Assembly: GCA_039820945.1 (NCBI GenBank)
Contig: JBCBPC010000014.1
Location: forward strand, 2,182-66,181
Direction: 5' to 3'
Length of the DNA stretch: 64,000 nt
Source of the DNA: Planctomycetota bacterium
GTDB lineage: Bacteria; Planctomycetota; Planctomycetia; Pirellulales; Lacipirellulaceae
Shown here: positions 9,101-17,846 of the stretch, piece by piece
How positions within the stretch are numbered: the stretch's first letter is position 1
Layout: each line of letters opens with the position of its first letter
The notes under the pieces: model-generated
What the model saw: the letters and a program-made list of their open reading frames with translations, nothing else
What the model was told of the DNA's origin: nothing
Databases searched by the model: none
Translations under genes and position numbers: made by a program

Positions 9101-10555
9101 CTAGCGACGCCGCCCCCGAAGGACGGCGAGTGAGCACAGGCCGATCACGAGTGCGGTCGGCTCGGGCACGGCGACACTCGTGCCGGCGCCCCACGTGTTG
9201 AGCAGGAAGTTGAGCTCTTCGTTATCCACCGCGCCGGCGAACTGGCGCACCCACTCGGCGGGCACGCTCGACTCGCCCCAGTTGTCCAGCAGCAGGTTCA
9301 GGTCGGCGTTGTCGACCCGGCCGTCGGCGTTGAAGTCGCCGTCCGGCAGAGCCATCACCGGCGTCTCGACGATGCGGATGCCCTCGACCTCGAGGTTGAG
9401 CCGCGTACCGTCGTCGATCGACTGCAGCTGCAGCTCGATGAGATTGAAGTCGGTCGACAACCCGTCGCCGCCGTTGAAGAACGTGAAAACGGGCCCGGAC
9501 GGCGTGACGGCGTCGATCGGGATCGTTAGCGTCGTCAGGTCCGACGAGCCGAAGTCCTCCGTGTTGAGCAGGTAGTAGTAGCTGTCGGCGCCCTCATTTG
9601 CGGTGTCGTCGTTGCCATCGAGGTCGCCGAGAATCACACCGAAGTTGGTCGCCGTGTTGCCGGGGAGCGTGCGGGCGGTGATCTCGATCGAGTGCGACGA
9701 CCCGTCGAAGACGTCCGCCGAGGGCAGGCCGCGTTGCAGCACGCCGCCGAATCCGGTGGCGTCGATTACGAGGTTGGTGAAGTCGTCGACGCCGTTGTCG
9801 CGGGTCAGGGCGCCCGGCGCCTCCATCACGCCGTAGGCCCGGTTCCAGCCGCCGCTGTCCAGCCGCCCCGCGGCGGTCGGCGCCTTCTCGGCGATGCGGA
9901 TCGACTTGAGGTCCATGTCCAGCACGTTCGAGCCGTCGGTCATCTGCAGCTGCAGCTGGGTCACGGTGTTCGCGGCGCCGTTCTCAAACGTATCGGTGTC
10001 CAGCAGTTTGTCGCCGGTGCCGGTGACGAAGTCCCAGGGCTCGGTCTCGCTGCCGGTGAACGGGTTGGGCAGTTCCGTCAGGTCGCGCGTCAGGGTGACG
10101 AAGCCGTCCGCGTCGGGCGTGCCGTCGTTGAAGATGCCGACGATGTCTCCGATTCCCCAATTGAAGCTGTCGTTCAACCCACCGCCGTCGCTCTGGGCGA
10201 GCTGCACGGTGAGGAACTGCGCCGTGTTGCTGGGGTTGAGCTTGTAGACCATCTCGATCTGGTAGTCAGCCGGATCGAAGTTAAGGCCCGACGCCCCGCC
10301 GATGGTGTTGAAGTTCATACCGACCGCCCCGAAGCTGCTGCCCCCGGGCGCCGCGGACGCCTGCACCGTGATGCTGTCGAAGCCGTTCGGGGTAGCCGAG
10401 ACCTGCCCGAAGGCGAAACCGCTGTCGAACTGCGGCGCATAGCTCAACGCGTCGATGCCGAACGAGGTTGGGCCGAGGGCCCAGGCGGGCGCCGACATCA
10501 GCGCGGTAGCGAGAGCGATCTTTCCGACCACGAGGCCGAGACGGTAGCGAGGCAT
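9101..10555 (-). CDS. secreted protein with dockerin-like repeat and PEP-CTERM anchor
   Basis: Signal peptide MPRYRLGLVVGKIALATALMSAPAWA (ATG 10555; the ORF extends to 10660). GDFNADGRVDNADLNLLLDNWG. C-terminal VAVPEPTALVIGLCSLAVLRGRRR. Confidence 0.75.
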   Translation of the reverse strand: MPRYRLGLVVGKIALATALMSAPAWALGPTSFGIDALSYAPQFDSGFAFGQVSATPNGFDSITVQASAAPGGSSFGAVGMNFNTIGGASGLNFDPADYQIEMVYKLNPSNTAQFLTVQLAQSDGGGLNDSFNWGIGDIVGIFNDGTPDADGFVTLTRDLTELPNPFTGSETEPWDFVTGTGDKLLDTDTFENGAANTVTQLQLQMTDGSNVLDMDLKSIRIAEKAPTAAGRLDSGGWNRAYGVMEAPGALTRDNGVDDFTNLVIDATGFGGVLQRGLPSADVFDGSSHSIEITARTLPGNTATNFGVILGDLDGNDDTANEGADSYYYLLNTEDFGSSDLTTLTIPIDAVTPSGPVFTFFNGGDGLSTDFNLIELQLQSIDDGTRLNLEVEGIRIVETPVMALPDGDFNADGRVDNADLNLLLDNWGESSVPAEWVRQFAGAVDNEELNFLLNTWGAGTSVAVPEPTALVIGLCSLAVLRGRRR

Positions 10556-10664
10556 GATGTGACTCCGGATGAGCGTGAGGAGAAGAGGTTGGGGAGCGGT
10601 GCGTGTGTGTTGGTGTCGCTTCCTTGCGTGAGACTCTGTGGGCGCTGTGGAGGGCGCCACGGTT

Positions 10665-11708
10665 TCACGCCGACTTTGCCGGCGCCGTCGATCCGCGGAT
10701 GACGAGTTGCTGCGGCATCACCACGGGCGCCGGGGTCCCGCCATCGCTCGTGTCGCCATCGCTCTCGATCTGGTCGAGCAGCAGGTCCGCGCCGATGCGG
10801 CCCATCTCTTGGCGATCGAAGTCGACGATCGTCAGCGGTGGGGTCGCGTACTTGGCGACCGACACGTCGTTGAACGCGATGATGCTTAGGTCGGTCGGCA
10901 CGCTGATCCCGTGCGCCCAAGCCGAGTGAGCGAGTTGCACGCCCTCGAAGTGCGAGTACGCGACCACCGCCGTCGTGCGTTCTTCGCGGAGCAGGCGGTC
11001 AACGGCGTGCTTGATGCCGCAGCGGAGCGGTTCGATCTGGTCGCCCAGCCCCGCCTCACGCATGGCCCTTTCGTAGCCCTCGCGGCGTTCGATGACGCTC
11101 ACGTGGTCGCGGATCTCTGTCTCTACGTAGAAGTCGATCCGTTCGTGGCCGAGCGAGATGAGGTGCCGCGTCGCCGCGTAGGCGCCGCGAGCGTCGTCCG
11201 GCATGACCCGCGCTTCGCAGGCGTCGATGCCCATCGACAGGGTGGGCAGCTTCGCCTTGCGGACGGCTTCGAGCACCGCCTCGGAGGGGGGCTCGAGCAA
11301 GAACGCGACGCCGTCTAGCGCTCCGCCCAAAACCAGCCGCTCCCACTCGTTGTCGCTCGACGAGCAGGGAATCAATCGCAGGTCGTAGCCGCGTCGCTGC
11401 AGTCCGCGGGTGAACGCGACGGCGATCTCGTTCGTCGGGTCACCGAAGATCCACTCGGGCTCGGAGAAGAGCAGACCGATGCTGTGCGTCTTGCCGCGCG
11501 ACAGGGCGGCCGCCTTCCAGTTCGGCTGGTAGCCCAGCTCGTCGGAGGCACGGATGACGTCCGCTACCTTCCGGGCGCTGCGATCCTGCGAACCTTTGAC
11601 GTCTCCCCGCAGGATGCGGGCCGCGGTCGAGGGCGAGACGCCGGCACGATTGGCGACTTGTTTGAGCGTGACACTCACAGCGGGGGCTCGAATCGGCTTC
11701 GCTACCAA
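10665..11708 (-). CDS. LacI-family transcriptional regulator
   Basis: N-terminal HTH VTLKQVANRAGVSPSTAARILRG, followed by a periplasmic-binding-protein-like sugar-binding fold of typical length. Confidence 0.85.
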   Translation of the reverse strand: MVAKPIRAPAVSVTLKQVANRAGVSPSTAARILRGDVKGSQDRSARKVADVIRASDELGYQPNWKAAALSRGKTHSIGLLFSEPEWIFGDPTNEIAVAFTRGLQRRGYDLRLIPCSSSDNEWERLVLGGALDGVAFLLEPPSEAVLEAVRKAKLPTLSMGIDACEARVMPDDARGAYAATRHLISLGHERIDFYVETEIRDHVSVIERREGYERAMREAGLGDQIEPLRCGIKHAVDRLLREERTTAVVAYSHFEGVQLAHSAWAHGISVPTDLSIIAFNDVSVAKYATPPLTIVDFDRQEMGRIGADLLLDQIESDGDTSDGGTPAPVVMPQQLVIRGSTAPAKSA

Positions 11709-12016
11709 TTTGCGGCGGGCAGACGCCCGCGATGCAATCTCTTGAAGCAGCTTGGATGCGATGAGTTGATTAGAAAAGCGACGGTGGCGGCGCCGGAATC
11801 ATTTCGCACATACCGACTAGCCACACCTATAATGTGCCTTTCGGACTCAGGTGTCAACAAAGCTAAGCCAAAAAGTGACGTCGGTGCCAATTTTACCCGC
11901 CGGCGATTAGATTATGCTCGTGCGGAGCCGCCCGAAATGACCGAGGCGCCCGCTTCCGTGCCGGCGATCCGCCCCGCGGATCCTCATCCAATGCGATCTC
12001 TCTCCAAAGCCTGAAC

Positions 12017-13426
12017 GTGGGTCATCACGTGGATTTCCTTTCCCGACGCGGTTTTCTCCATTCGTCGTCGCTGGCCGCGGCCGCGGCGGTCGGCCTTGAG
12101 CCGGCTACCGCCGCCGTCACCGCCGCTCGCTCGCCCAACGAGCGGCCGGTCTTTGGGTGGATCGGATCGGGCATCCGCTTCCACAACCTGGTCCCCCAGG
12201 TGTGTGCGTACGGCCCGCTGGCGGCCGTTTGCGACGTCGACGCCGTGCAACGCGGCCGCGGGGTGCAGTCCGCCCGACAGCAGCACCGGGATCGGAGTTA
12301 CCCGATCGACATCTACGACTACGAGGACTACCGCGCGGTGCTCGACCGGTCGGACATCGACGCGATCTTTATCTCGACGCCCGACCACTGGCACGCCCGC
12401 GTGGCCGTGGACGCCATGCAGGCCGGCAAAGACGTCTACTGTGAAAAGCCGATGACGCTGACGATCGCCGAAGGGCGGTGGGTCGCCGACGAGGTTCGTC
12501 GCACCGGACGCGTCTTGCAGGTGGGAACTCAGCAGCGGAGCGACTTCGATCGCCGCTTCGCGATCGCCGCCGCGTTGGTCCGAGAGGGGCGGATCGGTAA
12601 CACACGCCGCGTGACCTGCTCGGTCGGCGGCTGCCCGGTTGGATTTCCGATCCCCGAGTGCGCACCGCCGAAGCATCTGAACTGGGATCTCTGGCTCGGC
12701 CCCGCGCCGTGGACCCCGTACCTCGCGTCGCCCGAGATCGTGCAGACCGACGGCTACGGCGCCGGGCACCCCGCGAGTCGCACGCACCATTACTTCCGCT
12801 GGTGGTACGAGTACTCAGGCGGCCGGCTCGCCGATTGGGGCGCTCACCACGTTGATGTCGCGATGTGGGCCTTGGGGAAAGACAACGCGGGCGCCGGTGC
12901 TTTCACCCTCGAGCCGCTTCACGTCGTGCACGCCAGCCCGCTCGACGAGCGCGGCATGCCCGTGCACGCCGATCGCTACCACACCGCGTGTGAGTTCCAC
13001 GTCCGCGTGACGTTTGAAGACGGCGTGGAGCTGGACATCATCGACGACGCTTCCGCATTGCTGGGCTTCGACAACGGCATCATGTTCCAAGGAGACTCGG
13101 GGCGGCACTTCGTGAACCGCGGCAAGCTGACCGGGCGGCCCGTCGAGGAGCTTGGCGAAAACCCCCTGCCGGAAGATGCACTCGATCGACTCTACGGGCG
13201 ATCGGTCACCGCTACCGACCACGTGGGCGACTTTGTCGACTGCGTCCGCAGCAACGCGGCGCCGGTGTCCGACGCGGAGTCGCATCACCGCTGCCTCACG
13301 GTCTGCCACGCGGCGAACATCGCTTTGCGGCTTGGTCGCAAAGTGCGGTTCGATCCGGCCACCGAGACCTTCGACGACGCTCTCGCTCAATCGTTCGTTG
13401 AGAGAGAGCGTCGCGGCTCTTGGTGA
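12017..13426 (+). CDS. Gfo/Idh/MocA-family oxidoreductase with Tat-type signal
   Basis: Leader FLSRRGFLHSSSLAAAAAVG. Motifs DAIFISTPDHWH and GKDVYCEKPM. GTG start at 12017; an alternative GTG lies at 12029. Confidence 0.85.
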   Translation: MGHHVDFLSRRGFLHSSSLAAAAAVGLEPATAAVTAARSPNERPVFGWIGSGIRFHNLVPQVCAYGPLAAVCDVDAVQRGRGVQSARQQHRDRSYPIDIYDYEDYRAVLDRSDIDAIFISTPDHWHARVAVDAMQAGKDVYCEKPMTLTIAEGRWVADEVRRTGRVLQVGTQQRSDFDRRFAIAAALVREGRIGNTRRVTCSVGGCPVGFPIPECAPPKHLNWDLWLGPAPWTPYLASPEIVQTDGYGAGHPASRTHHYFRWWYEYSGGRLADWGAHHVDVAMWALGKDNAGAGAFTLEPLHVVHASPLDERGMPVHADRYHTACEFHVRVTFEDGVELDIIDDASALLGFDNGIMFQGDSGRHFVNRGKLTGRPVEELGENPLPEDALDRLYGRSVTATDHVGDFVDCVRSNAAPVSDAESHHRCLTVCHAANIALRLGRKVRFDPATETFDDALAQSFVERERRGSW

Positions 13427-13484
13427 GTCCCGCGAACGACCTCGAAGCCGGGGATGTCGAAGGGACCGTCTGGCTACGACGCAG

Positions 13485-14543
13485 CTAGCGCCACAAGGCG
13501 GCTTCGGCGACCACTCCCGGGCCGAAGCCGAGCATCACGCACGGCGGCTGCGCCGTTGCCTGTTGGAGCCTCTTGAGAACAAAGAGGAGCGTGGCGCTCG
13601 ACATGTTGCCGTGATCACGCAAGACGTCTTCAGACGCGGCCGTGACCACATCGGGCAACCCGAGCGCCGCGCGGCTGGCGGTCAGAATGCGGGGGCCGCC
13701 CGGGTGGATCGCCCAACAGCCGACGTCGCCGAGGCTGAGCCCCTGCTCGCCGAGCCACCGGGGGAGCCAGTCGCCCAGATGGGCGAGAATCGCGTCGGGC
13801 AGCTTCGCCGAGAGCCCCATCTCAAAGCCGTGATCACGCACCCGCCAAGACAGCAACGACTCTGTGCCCGGGAGCAAGCAAGACCCGGTTGCGGCGAGGC
13901 GCCAGCCGGAGTCTTGCTGCGGGGAAGAGGTGGCGACCAGGGCGCCCGAGCCGTCGGCGAACAACGCGTTGCCGGCCATCCGTTCGAGATCCCAACGGAA
14001 CGCGTAGTGAACGCTGCACAGCTCCGTGGCGACGAGGAGCACCTTGGCGTCGGGCTCCGCGGCCAGCAGGCCGTTGGCGACGCGGAGCCCATTGATCGCC
14101 CCGTGGCAGCCCATGAAGCCGACCTGAACACGCTGGACCGTCGCGGGCAGTCGCAGCTGATGAATCAGAGCGACATCGACCCCCGGCGCCTCGAAGCCCG
14201 TGCAAGTGACGGTGACCAGATGCGTGATCGACTCCCCGGCAACGCCCGCGTCGCTCAGCGCAAGCCGAGCCGATTCGACGGCAAGCGGACCCGCGTTGGC
14301 CTCGTACCACTCGGCGCGGGTGGCGATGGTGGGCCCCTCTGGCTCTTCCTCCCACGCGAGTGCGTCGGTGAAGGGCACGCAGGTACGCCGCTCCGCCACG
14401 CCCGACTTTTGGTGAACGACGCTCGACACGCGTTCGTGCTTCGTGTTCTCGCAGCACACGCGGTGCGCGAGCTCGATCGCGTTGTCGGCCGTGAGTCGAT
14501 GCTCGGGGGTCGAGACACCGAGGCCGTGCAGATACATAGCCAT
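13485..14543 (-). CDS. type III polyketide synthase (chalcone/stilbene synthase family)
   Basis: Contexts of the Cys-His-Asn triad: VTVTCTGFEAPG, WAIHPGGPRIL, HGNMSSATLLFVL. C-terminal GFGPG. Confidence 0.9.
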   Translation of the reverse strand: MAMYLHGLGVSTPEHRLTADNAIELAHRVCCENTKHERVSSVVHQKSGVAERRTCVPFTDALAWEEEPEGPTIATRAEWYEANAGPLAVESARLALSDAGVAGESITHLVTVTCTGFEAPGVDVALIHQLRLPATVQRVQVGFMGCHGAINGLRVANGLLAAEPDAKVLLVATELCSVHYAFRWDLERMAGNALFADGSGALVATSSPQQDSGWRLAATGSCLLPGTESLLSWRVRDHGFEMGLSAKLPDAILAHLGDWLPRWLGEQGLSLGDVGCWAIHPGGPRILTASRAALGLPDVVTAASEDVLRDHGNMSSATLLFVLKRLQQATAQPPCVMLGFGPGVVAEAALWR

Positions 14544-14570
14544 GCGATCGCGATCGCTCGCGCGGGGGAT

Positions 14571-15803
14571 TCAGGAGGACGCCAGGACGGTGGCGCCGGG
14601 GCGTGGGTCGATGCTCCGGACGATCGGCCCGGCGAGCCACGGCGCCGCCGCGAGGGCCCGGACCACCCAAGGGGTAACTAACCGCCCGCCGACGGCTCCG
14701 CAAACCAAGCGGCAACGTGAATGCTGGCCGCCGACCGCGGCTCGATGCGTTTTCTCCCACTCGTCGACAAGCCGGGGCCGCCACGCGTTGACCGCCTCGG
14801 CCACGAGCGGGGCCGCCGCCACCGCGGAGCGGAGCGCCCAACCGATGCCCTCGCCGGTGAAGGGTTCCACGTAACCAGCGGCGTCGCCGACGAGCAAGAC
14901 GCGGGCCGCGCCCAGCCGCCGCGGACGTTGGGTCAGCCGCGGCGTTGCCTGCCATTGGGCGTCGTCTAAGCCGCTCGGAACCGGCGAACACGCTTCGCTG
15001 AGCACCCGGCGGACCACCGCGGAGATCGAAGCCAGCGACACCGACCGCGGAGCCAGCGCGGCCGCTAGGTCGAGCCGACCGTCCGGCAAGCGGACGATGC
15101 CCACGTAGCCGTCGCCGGAGCGGCTCGTCGCCATGACAATCTCGCCGGCCGGGTAGGCCGACGAGCGGTCCTCGATCGTGACGCCAACACCGACCCGGCT
15201 CGCGCGGCGGGTGATCGTCGCCGGTCGTTCGGCTGCGGGAAGCAAAGCGGCCGATCCGAGCCCGGCCGCGATCACGATCGCCCGGCAGCGCACACGCGCC
15301 GCTCTGCCATCAGCGTGCGACAGCGTCAGCAGCCGGAACGCGTCGGTGGCGGGGCCGATCGACGAACGCCAAGCGAACGCGGTTTGCGCGCCGTGTCTGG
15401 CCGCGTGATCGGTGAGCGCGGCGTCGAACTCCGCGCGGTCGATCGCCGCGCGCTCGCCGATCGACAGACGGACGCCGCGATCGCCTGATCGAATCTGGAC
15501 GGTCTCGAGCGCCGCGCGCCGAAAACGGAGCTCGCTCACGCCCTCGATCCGCCCCAGCGCCTCGTGCCCAACCGCCCCCAGACAGCCGCCACACACCTTC
15601 GCACGCGGCATCCGTTGCTTGTCGGTGAGCAGCACGCGGTGACCCGCGGCCGCCAGTTGAGTGGCGACGGCCGAGCCCGCAGGGCCGGCGCCAATGACGC
15701 CCACGTCCCACTCGGACCCGTCGAGGTGTGTTGGTTCGTTGCTCAACGCGGGTTCGACGCGTCGCCGCGCCTCCAGGTAATCATCATCCGCTCGGGCCAG
15801 CAC
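14571..15803 (-). CDS. FAD-dependent oxidoreductase (geranylgeranyl-reductase/aromatic-hydroxylase-like)
   Basis: DVGVIGAGPAGSAVATQLAAAGHRVLLTD dinucleotide fold. LLVGDAAGYVEPFTGEGI. An alternative TTG start at 15746 would overlap the upstream stop as TTGA. Confidence 0.8.
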   Translation of the reverse strand: MLARADDDYLEARRRVEPALSNEPTHLDGSEWDVGVIGAGPAGSAVATQLAAAGHRVLLTDKQRMPRAKVCGGCLGAVGHEALGRIEGVSELRFRRAALETVQIRSGDRGVRLSIGERAAIDRAEFDAALTDHAARHGAQTAFAWRSSIGPATDAFRLLTLSHADGRAARVRCRAIVIAAGLGSAALLPAAERPATITRRASRVGVGVTIEDRSSAYPAGEIVMATSRSGDGYVGIVRLPDGRLDLAAALAPRSVSLASISAVVRRVLSEACSPVPSGLDDAQWQATPRLTQRPRRLGAARVLLVGDAAGYVEPFTGEGIGWALRSAVAAAPLVAEAVNAWRPRLVDEWEKTHRAAVGGQHSRCRLVCGAVGGRLVTPWVVRALAAAPWLAGPIVRSIDPRPGATVLASS

Positions 15804-16543
15804 CGCTGGACCGCTGCGTTCGTCAGCCCAGCACGCCGGAGCAGCTCACGCATCTCATCTCGGGTGTACGCCGACGCCACCGACTGCGGTCCATCGTAGT
15901 GCACGATCGGCGATCGGCTCAGCGTGCGGCACGCGATCTGGGCCAGGCAGTGCCCGAGGCGGCTGCGGATCAGATCGCTGATCACCAAGGCGCCAGCGGC
16001 GGCCGCGCACCGGCGGAGGAGCTCGACCGTTTGGTCTTCCGTCAGGTGATGGAGGAACAGTGAGCTCGTCACCACGTCGTAGCCCGCGGGCAACGGTTCT
16101 TGAAAGACGTCGAGCTGCTGGAACCGGACGTTCGGCGTCTGCGTCGCGATAGCGTTCGCCCGCTCGACCGCCGTTCCGCTCATGTCCAGTCCGAGCACCT
16201 CGCACTCAACGCCGAGCGACGCCAGCCTCCGGGCCATCCCACCGGTTACGTCCCCGCCGCCCGCGGCGATGTCGAGAACGCGGACCGGTTGTATGCCGTT
16301 CAATTGGGCCGCCTGCGCGACTCGCGTCGCTAGTTGCGTGGCCGTGCGGCTGGCGGCGTTCAACCGGGCCAGCCCCGCTAGCGCTCGGCGATGCTCCTCG
16401 ACGCCCAGGTCGGGGGCGTCCATCAATTCGGGCAGGAGGTTGCGAGAGGCGAGCGTCGGCACCCCCGACAGCCTAACACGCGCTGACCCGCTCCGCCCGA
16501 AAGCGTGACGTGGCCGCAATGGCGCCAAGAACCATAATGACAC
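15743..16543 (-). CDS. class I SAM-dependent methyltransferase
   Basis: Motif I VLDIAAGGGDVT. N-terminal LLPELMDAPDLGVEEHRRALAGLARLN. The likely start is GTG 16462, 10 nt after the upstream stop, rather than ATG 16543, which overlaps the upstream gene by 71 nt. Confidence 0.8.
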   Translation of the reverse strand: MSLWFLAPLRPRHAFGRSGSARVRLSGVPTLASRNLLPELMDAPDLGVEEHRRALAGLARLNAASRTATQLATRVAQAAQLNGIQPVRVLDIAAGGGDVTGGMARRLASLGVECEVLGLDMSGTAVERANAIATQTPNVRFQQLDVFQEPLPAGYDVVTSSLFLHHLTEDQTVELLRRCAAAAGALVISDLIRSRLGHCLAQIACRTLSRSPIVHYDGPQSVASAYTRDEMRELLRRAGLTNAAVQRCWPERMMITWRRGDASNPR

Positions 16544-17846
16544 CTGCGGGCTCGGGCGCCGGAGCGGCGCCGCCGCCGACGGCGTTCACCCAGGTCTGGT
16601 AATCTGCCTGGTCGATCACGGCGTGGGTGGCGTCATTGTGCAGCACCAGCGGGGTGTTCAACGCGTTTCGCCAGACGGTGTAGTCGGCCAGATCAACGCC
16701 GCCGTCGCCGTTGTAATCGCCAGGGATGCCCGGCTCGAGCAAGCCGAGCATCGCGTTGCGGAAAACGCCGCCGGTGCGATACGCGACCCGCACGTCGAGT
16801 GGCTGATCGGGGAACCAAGCCAAGCCGAGCGGAAGCCGGTCGCCCGGCATCAGCACCGACTCGTCGCCGAGCGTCGCCTCGGCGATCAGCGCGATCGATG
16901 GCGCGCCGAGCGTCGCCCATCCGGCGCCAACGCCGGTGTCCTTGGCGAAGCCCGGGCGGTCCTGCGTTTGCAGACCGATCCAGCCGGCGGGCGCGAGTGC
17001 TCCCGACTCGCTCGTCAGCTCGTAGTAGTCCAGCGGCACGGGCTCGCCCGTAGGGTTCCGCAGCGAGACGGCGCCGGTCTCGGAATCGATGTCGAACACC
17101 AGCGAAGCTTGCACGCCGGCGAGCTCACCGATCTCGAGGTCGGACAACGCCGAGGAGTAGATGCGGAAGTCATCGAGCAGGCCGATGAAATCACCAGCCG
17201 GATCGAAGGCGGGACTCCTCCCCAGGTTGAGGCTCGTGGGCGACCCCCCACCGGTACTGATCGGCGTGCCCGCCGGGTCGCCCGCGGTGGGCACGCCGGC
17301 GAGCATCGCCCCGTCGAGGAAGACCTCGATGTCTGCGTAGTCGACGGCGGATTCGGGCACACGGATGGCGAGGTGATGGTAGCCGGCGTTGTCGCCGACG
17401 AAGTCCAGCCCGCTGCCCCAGGTATAGTTGCCGCCGCTGTACCGGAGTCGAACGCCGCCCCCCTCGAGCGATACGTCGAACGACCGCCCAAGGCCTGCGT
17501 CGCCGTAGCCGAAGATCTTGTTCTCCACGCCGACCGCTGCTTGGCTGAACCAGAAAGCGATCGTCCGAGCGGCCCCGCCGGCGGGAGTCGGATTGTTGCT
17601 CGCCGGCAAGACCACGTACGACAGCTCGTCGTCGTTCGGCAGACGGATTGCCTCGCCCAGCACGCCGGGCGCCCCGACGCCGACCTGGCCGACAATCGTC
17701 GCGTTGTTGTCGGCGCCCGCGCTGTCGACGACCGTCGAGCCGCTGAGGTCGACGGTGTCGAACGTGTAGTGGACGAGCAGCTCGGCCTGCGCGGCCGTCG
17801 CTGTGCCCACGGTCAGCACCCAAGCGCCGAGGCGTAAGTTACGCAT
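16473..17846 (-). CDS. LamG/concanavalin-A-like lectin domain protein with dockerin-like repeat and PEP-CTERM-like tail
   Basis: Signal MRNLRLGAWVLTVGTATAAQA. LHYTFD...LDDFRIYSSALSDLEI (LamG_3-like). GDYNGDGGVDLADYTVWRN. C-terminal PAPEPAGVIMVLGAIAATSRFR. Confidence 0.8.
   Translation of the reverse strand: MRNLRLGAWVLTVGTATAAQAELLVHYTFDTVDLSGSTVVDSAGADNNATIVGQVGVGAPGVLGEAIRLPNDDELSYVVLPASNNPTPAGGAARTIAFWFSQAAVGVENKIFGYGDAGLGRSFDVSLEGGGVRLRYSGGNYTWGSGLDFVGDNAGYHHLAIRVPESAVDYADIEVFLDGAMLAGVPTAGDPAGTPISTGGGSPTSLNLGRSPAFDPAGDFIGLLDDFRIYSSALSDLEIGELAGVQASLVFDIDSETGAVSLRNPTGEPVPLDYYELTSESGALAPAGWIGLQTQDRPGFAKDTGVGAGWATLGAPSIALIAEATLGDESVLMPGDRLPLGLAWFPDQPLDVRVAYRTGGVFRNAMLGLLEPGIPGDYNGDGGVDLADYTVWRNALNTPLVLHNDATHAVIDQADYQTWVNAVGGGAAPAPEPAGVIMVLGAIAATSRFRAERVSAC

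Noticed and set aside
13152-14991. 509-aa plus-strand and 385-aa minus-strand ORFs overlapping the type III PKS
   Set aside because: They are off-frame or antisense shadows of the PKS and FAD-oxidoreductase genes, which carry the real catalytic motifs.
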